DNA of 28,920 nucleotides from positions 1 through 28,920 of IMG/VR virus record IMGVR_UViG_3300037524_000136; one strand, 5' to 3'. The stretch comes from a virus (Duplodnaviria; Caudoviricetes). Below, one piece after another: positions 1 to 7,101 of the stretch (within the stretch, counting starts at the first letter, position 1; every line of letters begins with the position of its first letter). The translations under genes and the position numbers were made by a program. The notes below the pieces were generated by a model. That model saw only the letters and a list, made by a program, of their open reading frames with translations. It searched no databases and had not been told where the DNA came from.

Positions 1-1
1 C

Positions 2-715
2 GGCCATCATGCAGTGTCGTGCGACCTCCTGCCAACCGAAGCGCCGGGCCTGCACTATTCCGGCGATGTAACGCATTTGCTCGATGGTTGGGAGCCGGTG
101 CAGTACACCGCCGACTGCGATCCTGACGGCGATGGTTGGTGCCAGACCATCGACGGCGATCCCTGCGAGTGCCAGTGCATCGGGCCAACGATGGAGGATG
201 ACGACATCGAATACATGGAGCGCGACGGCGTGCTGTTTGGTAGGCCGCGCGCATCGCCGCACTGGGATCTTATGGTTGCCCATCCCCCGTGTACATTTTT
301 GTGTAGCAGCGGCCTTCACTGGAACAAACGTAGACCGGAGCGATCGCAACAGACCGAGACCGCGCTCGACTTCGTTCGGCTGTTGATGGCGGCGCAGATA
401 CCGCGCATAGCGATCGAGAACCCTGTCGGATGTATCGGAACGCGCATTCGCAAGGCCGATCAAATCATCCAGCCGTACCACTTCGGCCACGATGCCAGCA
501 AGCAAACGGCGCTATGGCTCAAGGGACTACCGCCGCTGCGACCGACTGCGTTTATCGAGCCGCGCATGGTCAACGGAAAGCCGCGCTGGGCAAATCAAAC
601 CGACAGCGGACAGAACAGGTTGCCGCCAAGCGATGACAGGTGGAAATTACGCGCCGAGACCTACGCCGGGATCGCGGCCGCAATGGCGCAGCAATGGGGC
701 GGGCAATGTTCCTGA
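2..715 (+). CDS. Phage-type DNA cytosine (C5) methyltransferase-like protein, 5'-truncated by the window edge
   Basis: Frame is open from position 2 (GHHAVSCDLLPTE...HYSGDV). Motif IV-like WDLMVAHPPCT, motif VI-like IAIENPVG, then QPYHFGH...KQTALWLKGLPPL and C-terminal R.ETYAGIAAAMAQQWG, typical of the short phage Dcm-like family. Carries an extra ~58-aa insertion (see findings). Confidence 0.75.
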   Translation, partial: GHHAVSCDLLPTEAPGLHYSGDVTHLLDGWEPVQYTADCDPDGDGWCQTIDGDPCECQCIGPTMEDDDIEYMERDGVLFGRPRASPHWDLMVAHPPCTFLCSSGLHWNKRRPERSQQTETALDFVRLLMAAQIPRIAIENPVGCIGTRIRKADQIIQPYHFGHDASKQTALWLKGLPPLRPTAFIEPRMVNGKPRWANQTDSGQNRLPPSDDRWKLRAETYAGIAAAMAQQWGGQCS

Positions 716-745
716 CCGCTCCTGACCTCGTCGCTTTGCCCCGGA

Positions 746-1015
746 TCAGTCGTACAAATCCGGCCGATATTGCCAGTGCGGCGGGCGCCAATCCGGCGAC
801 CAGCCGTCAGGCTTGTTCTTGTTCCAATCGATGCCGGCACCATTCGGCCACAGCGACTTGAACGCCCCGGCTGGCAACGGCCTGCCGACGTACTGCGGCG
901 GAATGTAGGCGTTGGCGAGCTCGTCAGGCACTGGCCGCACCGAATGCCGAAAGCCGGTGTAATCGTGGATGCCGGTCGCCTGCGCGGCGATGGTCATGCG
1001 CGGATCGTGGTCCAT
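746..1015 (-). CDS. Hypothetical 89-aa Pro/Trp-rich protein, paralogous to the C-terminus of the 8515..9438 protein
   Basis: Start re-assigned to ATG at 1015 behind TAAGGAG (6-nt spacer). 29/51 ungapped identity to the C-terminal region of ORF 8515..9438, counted by hand. Confidence 0.8.
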   Translation of the reverse strand: MDHDPRMTIAAQATGIHDYTGFRHSVRPVPDELANAYIPPQYVGRPLPAGAFKSLWPNGAGIDWNKNKPDGWSPDWRPPHWQYRPDLYD

Positions 1016-1025
1016 GCTCTGCTCC

Positions 1026-1403
1026 TTACGGGTTGATGGATTCGAAGTACGCCCAGTCGGCGTACCAGCCATAGGACGAAGGCAGGTTGTCGATCAGCCA
1101 CCGCGCCCAGTTGCCACGGTAGATGGCGCCGTCGCCCGTCGGGCCGGCGACCAGCGTGCCGGGGATCGCCGCCTGCACCGGAAAGTCACGCAGGCCCAGC
1201 GCGCCGGATGCGATGTCCCGGTAGATCTGCGCGTTGACCATGCAGACGACCTCGTCGGCGTTGCCGAACGTCGCCATGTTCGCCGGCCGCGGCTGGGCGA
1301 TCTGCCAGCCCAGCGTTTCGCCGTTGCTGTTCTTGCACCATAGGCCGGCGTGCGCCGTTGCGGTCAACAGGCACGCCACTACTGCCACTGCGAATTTCAG
1401 CAT
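1026..1403 (-). CDS. Hypothetical exported protein (125 aa) with Sec signal peptide
   Basis: ATG at 1403 behind AAGGAG (6-nt spacer). N-terminus MLKFAVAVVACLLTATAHA|G has a basic residue, hydrophobic core and AxA cleavage site. Confidence 0.75.
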   Translation of the reverse strand: MLKFAVAVVACLLTATAHAGLWCKNSNGETLGWQIAQPRPANMATFGNADEVVCMVNAQIYRDIASGALGLRDFPVQAAIPGTLVAGPTGDGAIYRGNWARWLIDNLPSSYGWYADWAYFESINP

Positions 1404-1567
1404 CTCGGACTCCTTGGTTGGATGTTGCACTTCGACTCGCGGAAGAACTTGCGCTCCGCGTGCTCGGCCTTTTTCCCGACGTTGAAGTACGCGACGGGGC
1501 GGTGATAGCCCATCACGCGGGTGAAGATTTCGCACGGTTGCCGCTCGCTGTCGTCAAGCGTGATCAT
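1397..1567 (-). CDS. Stand-alone 56-aa protein resembling the C-terminal glycyl-radical motif of class III ribonucleotide reductase NrdD
   Basis: Not in the supplied ORF track. Hand translation: MITLDDSERQPCEIFTRVMGYHRPVAYFNVGKKAEHAERKFFRESKCNIQPRSPRC. The RVMGY..P...FN.GK.AE..ER pattern matches the NrdD C-terminal signature. Overlaps both neighbouring genes. Confidence 0.8.
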   Translation of the reverse strand: MITLDDSERQPCEIFTRVMGYHRPVAYFNVGKKAEHAERKFFRESKCNIQPRSPRC

Positions 1568-1733
1568 TGGAGCCGCCCAGGATCGGAAAGGTCATGTTGA
1601 TCCGCTTGCACATGGCGACCGCGCTGCGGCGCGCGGCGTAGCCCTGAGCCGAATCGGCGATGATCAGCCCGTTTCTAGCGCGCAGCGTCCAGCGCCACGC
1701 GCCTGCCTTGTCCTGCCATACCGTGAACTTCAT
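1554..1733 (-). CDS. DUF1508/YegP-family small protein (59 aa)
   Basis: MKFTVWQDKAGAWRWTLRARNGLIIADSAQGYAARRSA fits the F.i..d..G.wrw.L.A.NG.iIadS..gY pattern. Start at 1733 forms an ATGA overlap with the endolysin stop. Confidence 0.8.
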   Translation of the reverse strand: MKFTVWQDKAGAWRWTLRARNGLIIADSAQGYAARRSAVAMCKRINMTFPILGGSNDHA

Positions 1734-2947
1734 TGGCTTGTTCCCTTTCCCTGCGCGATGTTGCGCAGCGCCTCTCCACTTTGCCGGCTGGAACTCGACG
1801 AGCCGAAGAAGTAGCTCACCACTTGCCCCAGCATGGCGATTGCCGCGCCGACGATCAGGCCGCGCGTCGTCTGATCCGTTGTCGCAAGCTCGGCCAGCCG
1901 CCACAACATCCACCCGGCGCCAACGATGATCAGGATCGACAGCAGCCCGATCAGCGCGCCGAAGCCGATCCCGGCCCAGCCTTCCTTGCCCAGCATCCGC
2001 TCGCCGAAGCCGCGCGCGTCGGCTACGCTCTTTTCGCCCCGCTCCCAGTTGGCGGCGTCCTGCTCCTTGGCATAGGCCAACAAGTCGAAAAACTGCGACC
2101 GCAGCGCATCCTCTGCCTTCCTAGCTGCCGCCGGGTCCTGCTGGATGATCTCGACCGCCTGTTGCTGATTGACGGCGCCCACCGTCGTCGCAACCACGTC
2201 CAGCACCTTGGATGCGACGTTGATGTTCTGCGTGGCGGTACTCTGCGTTTTGTCGCCCTTGATCTGCGCGATGACAGGCAACACGGACGCCGCGGCTTGG
2301 ATAAGCCCGAGGATGATGGCAGGGATAGGCATAGGCGACTCCTTCGGTGGTTCCTGCGGCGCGTGGCCGGTCGACGGCGTAACGGCGTCCAGCGTGCGAT
2401 CTTCGATAGGCGCGGCGGGCTGGATCAGGTCTGCGTTGGATAGCCAACCGCCATACTGCAGGAAAACTGCCCGCAGCTTGTCGATCGTCGTTGTCGGCTG
2501 GCCGTAGCGCCCTGGCGGGAAGCTCGCCCACTCAAACGAGCATAGGGTCACGGCGCGCTCGAGGTCGCCGTCGATCACCGCCTGGAGTGCTCCGCGACGG
2601 CGAATGCACCACACGCAGAACGCATCCTGCGTCGACTGGTCGAACGGCATCGCCTCGACCGGCACGCCTAGGTCACGACAGAAATCGCCCCAGGTATCGG
2701 TCTGCACTCGCCCCGGAACCGCGCACATTGCTTGATAGGCCCCTGCGGCGCTCGTATAGCCCCAGGGTGACACTTTGGCGATGCGCGGGTGGCAGGATAG
2801 GTCGGTGACCTGTTCGCCGCCGTAGAGCGTCCTGTAGGCGCTCCCGTCGTCCTTGTTGTTGGATTCCGCGCTACGGACGCAGCGGGCGAACGCCTGGACG
2901 TTTGGATGCTGAAATTGCGCCTTCAGACCTTCCAGAGTGAGGGTCAT
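1730..2947 (-). CDS. Endolysin (lambda R-type lysozyme/transglycosylase) fused to a C-terminal holin-like membrane domain
   Basis: N-terminal NVQAF...AE...Y.TLYGG, SAAGAYQ, TW, QD...IRRRGAL..V..GD...A......EWASFP..RYGQP are lambda-lysozyme motifs. C-terminus has two hydrophobic helices ending VVSYFFGSSSSSRQ, seen in phage holin-like proteins. Confidence 0.85.
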   Translation of the reverse strand: MTLTLEGLKAQFQHPNVQAFARCVRSAESNNKDDGSAYRTLYGGEQVTDLSCHPRIAKVSPWGYTSAAGAYQAMCAVPGRVQTDTWGDFCRDLGVPVEAMPFDQSTQDAFCVWCIRRRGALQAVIDGDLERAVTLCSFEWASFPPGRYGQPTTTIDKLRAVFLQYGGWLSNADLIQPAAPIEDRTLDAVTPSTGHAPQEPPKESPMPIPAIILGLIQAAASVLPVIAQIKGDKTQSTATQNINVASKVLDVVATTVGAVNQQQAVEIIQQDPAAARKAEDALRSQFFDLLAYAKEQDAANWERGEKSVADARGFGERMLGKEGWAGIGFGALIGLLSILIIVGAGWMLWRLAELATTDQTTRGLIVGAAIAMLGQVVSYFFGSSSSSRQSGEALRNIAQGKGTSQ

Positions 2948-2980
2948 GGGTGTAGGATCAGTTCTTTAGGAGCAGCGATC

Positions 2981-3178
2981 ATGCCGTCCTTTAAGGTTAG
3001 GCCCGCGCACCTGTCGCCAGAACACGCCAAGCAAGCGGAGCGGTTCACCGGCTATCCGCATGACCCCGTCGGTGACGCCGCCGGGAAGTCATGGGCACTG
3101 TTCAAGCAATACGAGCATCAACTGCACGCTAGTCATAACTCGGCTCGCCATACAGCTTCCCGTAAATCGAAGCGATAA
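2981..3178 (+). CDS. Possible small antisense protein (65 aa)
   Basis: TAGGAG at 2967-2972, ATG at 2981. Fills the gap between the endolysin and the 515-aa gene and overlaps the latter's 3' end by 50 nt. Confidence 0.45.
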   Translation: MPSFKVRPAHLSPEHAKQAERFTGYPHDPVGDAAGKSWALFKQYEHQLHASHNSARHTASRKSKR

Positions 3179-4676
3179 GCGGGCTTGCCAACAGCGACGA
3201 CATCAACGTCGCATCCCCAGCGCGCAGGCGCTTCTCCATCTCCTGCTGAGTGATCCCAAGGTGCTTCGCCTTGTCTCGGATCAACTCCTCGAAGTGGTCC
3301 GCGTAGGACTTGGAATCGCCAGTGATGGCGCTGCCCTTGAACTTTTGGCCGTATAGGTCGCTGTTGTTTTTGATGTGCTCGCGGATGCCGGTCCACACGT
3401 CTGCACTGAAGTTGCGCGGCTCCTGCCCCAAACGTTGCGCGTGTTCGCTGATCACGTCCTTGAGTGTCAGGTACTGCTTCCCAGGCTCAATGATTCCTTC
3501 CTGAGCCGCAGTGAAGATCCCCGCTTTCGGGTTCTCCGCTAGGCGCGCCCAGTGCCTATCCAGCACGACGGCGCCGGGATCGCCCATCATCGCCAGCGCC
3601 TCTTCTCGCACCTTGTCTTGCCGCAACTGATCGAGCAGCCCCAAAGAGGTCTTGTTCAGGTTGGCAGACCTCGACTTCTCCATCCCGATTTTCTTACCTT
3701 CCTGCCGCGTCATCTCGCCAGCCGGAACGCGCCATTCAGGCTGAATGACAGGCTCGCCTTTGATGTGCCGGCGCATGTACTCCGACATCGTCTGCAAGTT
3801 CTCGCGCGGAGCAGAATTCGGCGCCGTCGATGCAGTGAAGCCCGCCACTTGCGGCATGTTCTGCGTACCGTAGACGCGTTCAAACGGGCCGCCATGCATG
3901 TCCCACCACTGCCCTTCATTCGGGAACTGGTTGAGGTAGGCGCGGCCTTCCTGGGCCATGTCATCAAGCCTGCCGGCAAACTCCGGGGAGCGCACGAACT
4001 CGTTCCAGTTGCCTACCGGAAACGATGTTTGTTTGCCGACGTTGTAACCGGCCAATTGTCCGGTGCGCTCGCCAAACTTGGTCGCTTGCCGCAAGTCTTT
4101 CTCTGGAAACAGGCGAGAGATGTCGACGTACGTCTTCCCATTGTCAGGATTCACCCAAGTGCCTAAGTACTTGCTCTCGGACGAAAGCGGAACCTTGTTC
4201 GTTTCGGCGAACTGCTCAAGCAAAGTGCGCTGTAGTTTGTCAGCGACAAGGTTGCGCGGATCGCTGTTGCGATAGACGCCCATCATCAACCCCTCCGACG
4301 GGATAGCGCCCGTTGGTAGATTGACCGAATAGCCTTTGTTGGCCTTGGTCTTGTTGATGATGCGCCCAGGGGTCGTTGTCTCGAACTGCCCCAGCAACCC
4401 TTGCTTTACGAATGGCGCGATCTTGGTGCCGGCCACTTGCATCGAACCGCCAAGACCCCCTAGTTCCATTCCGCCGCGACTGAATTCGTCCACCGCCCGT
4501 TCCTTTACTTCGGGCACCACTGACTTCATGTCGCCATAGTTGTCGAGCGAGTCCTGTCGATACTTCTTCATGTCCTCGCTCAGTTGCGACCACAGCAATC
4601 CCGGCTGCTGCGCGTTGGCGACAACGTTGCGCTTCTTCTGATCCAGCCACGCGCCGAATTCTTCTAGCAGGCCCAT
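3129..4676 (-). CDS. Multi-domain (polyvalent-type) phage protein, 515 aa; possibly virion-delivered
   Basis: Start re-assigned to ATG 4676 (MGLLEEF..., RBS GGAAGGA). Middle domain with LGTWVNPDNGKTYVDIS...KFGERTGQLAGY. C-terminal domain with ASTAP...N, DKV, VVLDRHW.R, Y...and ADVW..IR, resembling helical DNA-glycosylase-like phage domains. Confidence 0.7.
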   Translation of the reverse strand: MGLLEEFGAWLDQKKRNVVANAQQPGLLWSQLSEDMKKYRQDSLDNYGDMKSVVPEVKERAVDEFSRGGMELGGLGGSMQVAGTKIAPFVKQGLLGQFETTTPGRIINKTKANKGYSVNLPTGAIPSEGLMMGVYRNSDPRNLVADKLQRTLLEQFAETNKVPLSSESKYLGTWVNPDNGKTYVDISRLFPEKDLRQATKFGERTGQLAGYNVGKQTSFPVGNWNEFVRSPEFAGRLDDMAQEGRAYLNQFPNEGQWWDMHGGPFERVYGTQNMPQVAGFTASTAPNSAPRENLQTMSEYMRRHIKGEPVIQPEWRVPAGEMTRQEGKKIGMEKSRSANLNKTSLGLLDQLRQDKVREEALAMMGDPGAVVLDRHWARLAENPKAGIFTAAQEGIIEPGKQYLTLKDVISEHAQRLGQEPRNFSADVWTGIREHIKNNSDLYGQKFKGSAITGDSKSYADHFEELIRDKAKHLGITQQEMEKRLRAGDATLMSSLLASPLIASIYGKLYGEPSYD

Positions 4677-4677
4677 G

Positions 4678-5178
4678 TCATTTGTCCTTCCCGTCAAGTA
4701 TCCGCAGAGGGATCACATCGTAGGAAATTCGATCGGTGCGGATGGGGTTGGTGCGGATGATCAGCCACTGGTGCAGACCGAAGTCTCGACTTGGCGAACT
4801 CGAAGGTATTTCTACAGCGATGCTCTGCGCCCAGCAGCCGCCCCGCCCCGCGCTGGTCAACGGCAGGCTCGGCGCATTCCAAACCATCGCGCTGCCCACC
4901 CATGCTCGATGGCTCTCTCCGTCATGGATCGGACGGTGCACGCACGCTTCGACGTAGCGCCACAGCGTCACCCCACCGACGCTCTCGCTGACGTAGTACT
5001 TGGCTGCCTCTTCGCGCGTCCGCGCCGGATGCGACAGCAGCGCCGGCGCGACGTAGTTGATCGTCACCGGCACCGGCTCGAACGTCCACCAGAGCAGCAC
5101 CGGAGCGCCCAGCAGCAGCAGCCCCCACGGCAGCATCAGCACCACAAGCCGCGTCCAGTTGGCGACGATGGCGACCAT
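4678..5178 (-). CDS. Hypothetical membrane-anchored protein (166 aa)
   Basis: ATG at 5178 overlaps the upstream stop (TGATG). N-terminal hydrophobic segment LVVLMLPWGLLLLGAPVLLWW followed by a soluble domain with two Cys. Confidence 0.7.
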   Translation of the reverse strand: MVAIVANWTRLVVLMLPWGLLLLGAPVLLWWTFEPVPVTINYVAPALLSHPARTREEAAKYYVSESVGGVTLWRYVEACVHRPIHDGESHRAWVGSAMVWNAPSLPLTSAGRGGCWAQSIAVEIPSSSPSRDFGLHQWLIIRTNPIRTDRISYDVIPLRILDGKDK

Positions 5179-5414
5179 CAGGGACCGCCCCATATCTTGT
5201 TCACCATGATGGCGACCAGGCCCGTGGCGAGCAGCAGCACCAGCCCGTACACCGCGGCCTCGATCGGACGAAAGCGCGCGATGTGCACCAGCTCCTTCAT
5301 CCGCGCGCGGATCTCGGTCATGTCTTCGTCCCGCTGCCGATCAGACCTCGCTTGCTCCTCGCGAATGTGATCCAACCGCTCCTTCAGAACCGCGATCATC
5401 TGCGTGTCGTCCAC
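5178..5414 (-). CDS. Small coiled-coil plus C-terminal TM protein (holin/XhlA-like architecture), about 78 aa; start uncertain
   Basis: IAVLKERLDHIREEQARSDRQRDEDMTEIRARMKEL (coiled coil) then AAVYGLVLLLATGLVAIMV (TM). Start is GTG 5414 or ATG 5399. Confidence 0.65.
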   Translation of the reverse strand: MDDTQMIAVLKERLDHIREEQARSDRQRDEDMTEIRARMKELVHIARFRPIEAAVYGLVLLLATGLVAIMVNKIWGGP

Positions 5415-5438
5415 TTCTTGGCTTTCTTGTGTCGGGCG

Positions 5439-5444
5439 TATACT
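5439..5444 (+). promoter_or_regulatory. Candidate sigma70 -10 box (TATACT) for a leaderless antisense transcript
   Basis: TATACT lies 6 nt before ATG 5451, in the only intergenic gap of this region. Confidence 0.35.
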
Positions 5445-5450
5445 GCCCCG

Positions 5451-5579
5451 ATGGATGACCTTGAAAAGTGGCTCCAGTGGCTCGGGTTCGCCGCCGGGAT
5501 GTGGTTCATCGCTCACATCAAGGCGAAGGCCCGAAAGCCGCCAAGCTCCCAGGGACAAGGTAAGGCGAAAGTTCCTTGA
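5451..5579 (+). CDS. Possible small antisense membrane peptide (42 aa)
   Basis: MDDLEKWLQWLGFAAGMWFIAHIKAKARKPPSSQGQGKAKVP: hydrophobic helix followed by a basic tail. Overlaps the 3' end of 5518..7101 by 62 nt. Confidence 0.4.
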   Translation: MDDLEKWLQWLGFAAGMWFIAHIKAKARKPPSSQGQGKAKVP

Positions 5580-7101
5580 TCCGCTCGCCGACGGCGCGCA
5601 CCGCATCGGGCCGCCGAGCCAGCGCCGCCACCGTTGCCGCCCGCCCGGGCGCGGTGTAGGGCAGCATCGCCGCCAGACCCGTCGTCGCGATCGTCGGCTC
5701 GATCGCCCCGCCCAGGATCGCCGCCGCCATCGCCCGGTAGGGCGTGCCGCTGTCTGGCACCGTGCGGCCCAGCACCGACAAGGCATCGTCGGCGAGCTCC
5801 TGCCCGATCGCCTTGCCCTTGCTCACCGCCTTCTTGGGCGCCATCTTGTGCACCGAGACGTTGAACGCCTCGGGGGTGAAGATGCCCTCGCGCGATCCGA
5901 CCTTGCTGGCCGCGTCTTCGATGCGCAGAAACTCCGACCACGCCTTGTTCGCGTCCTGCAATTGCTTGGCCCGCATCGGCCCTGCCGATCGCTCTACTGC
6001 GCCACGCAGGGACGACTGCACCTCGCGGATCGCCTTGCCTAGCTCGCGCTGCGTATTGTCGGCACTGCGCCGCAACGTGGCCGCAATGGCGCCCAGTTCG
6101 CTTTCGGCCACTTTCATCGTCTCGGCCGACATGGTCCCGGCCGGCGTCATCTTGTCGATCACGCGCCGCTTGACGATCGCCTCGAATTGCGGCGCCACGC
6201 CCAGGTCGTCGGCCATCGAGTACAACTTGCCGACCTCGTTGCGGAAAGCCTGATCGATGTTCACCCGCTTGATCTGGTCAAGCACGGCGTTGTAGCGGTC
6301 GGAGATCTTCTTGCTCACCGCCTCGACGCCGGCATAGCCCACCGGGTCGGCCTTGGTCACCTTTTCCCCGATCGGCCGCAGCGCCTGGTTGTACGCCATC
6401 CGGTTGAAGTCCTCGGCGGCCGTCCGACGTGCGCCCTTGATCGCGTCACCCACCACCGGCACGCTCATCACGCCTTCCTCGAGCCGCCCCAGCCATCCGC
6501 CCGCGGCCTGCCCCGGCGAAAGACGCACGTCGCCCTCGAGCAGCGCTTGCGCCGCCGGTCGCGTCTCCGGGGCCAGCACGCGCCCTGCGCCATACCCGAG
6601 CCCGCCCATGCCGGCACCCAACGCCACGCCCGTCCCGACCTCACCCGCCTTCTTCCTCCAGAAGTCGTCTCCAGCGTCATAGATGGGCGTAAGAGCGCCC
6701 GCCAGCCCGCCAGTGACACCACCCATGCCGATTGCTCGCGGCAGCGTCGTAACGGCCGCTGCGGGCGTCAGCGGGGCCATCAGCAGCGCCTGCCCGCCGC
6801 CACGCGCCAGCCCAGCGCCAGGACGGCTCGCCGGGTCGGTCGATTGGTAGGCGTCCATCGTGAACTGGTTGGCCGCCTCGGTATCCTGCACGCCCCAGCC
6901 GGTCGCCCGCGCGGCCATCTGCGCCGCTGCGTCGAGCGTCTGCTTGGCGCCCATGATGGCGTCAATGCCGTACGCGCCGGCAATGCCGGGCATCGATGCG
7001 CTGATGATCTCGGACATGCGCGTGCGCTTGCGCGGCGCAGCCTCGACGATGGGATCGTCCTGCCAGCCGCCGCCGACTACCGGGTCGTCTTGCCAGCCCA
7101 T
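5518..7101 (-). CDS. Putative DNA ejection/internal virion protein (527 aa)
   Basis: Ala/Gly-rich amphipathic N-half, helical middle, conserved-looking V.DSGT..R near the C-terminus. Last of the ejection-type genes. TGATG coupling with the upstream gene. Confidence 0.7.
   Translation of the reverse strand: MGWQDDPVVGGGWQDDPIVEAAPRKRTRMSEIISASMPGIAGAYGIDAIMGAKQTLDAAAQMAARATGWGVQDTEAANQFTMDAYQSTDPASRPGAGLARGGGQALLMAPLTPAAAVTTLPRAIGMGGVTGGLAGALTPIYDAGDDFWRKKAGEVGTGVALGAGMGGLGYGAGRVLAPETRPAAQALLEGDVRLSPGQAAGGWLGRLEEGVMSVPVVGDAIKGARRTAAEDFNRMAYNQALRPIGEKVTKADPVGYAGVEAVSKKISDRYNAVLDQIKRVNIDQAFRNEVGKLYSMADDLGVAPQFEAIVKRRVIDKMTPAGTMSAETMKVAESELGAIAATLRRSADNTQRELGKAIREVQSSLRGAVERSAGPMRAKQLQDANKAWSEFLRIEDAASKVGSREGIFTPEAFNVSVHKMAPKKAVSKGKAIGQELADDALSVLGRTVPDSGTPYRAMAAAILGGAIEPTIATTGLAAMLPYTAPGRAATVAALARRPDAVRAVGERIKELSPYLVPGSLAAFGPSP

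Noticed and set aside
7047-7100. Tandem GWQDDP(V/I)V duplication at the N-terminus of the 527-aa protein
   Set aside because: Only two short copies. Such N-terminal motifs are common in ejection-type proteins and do not form an array.
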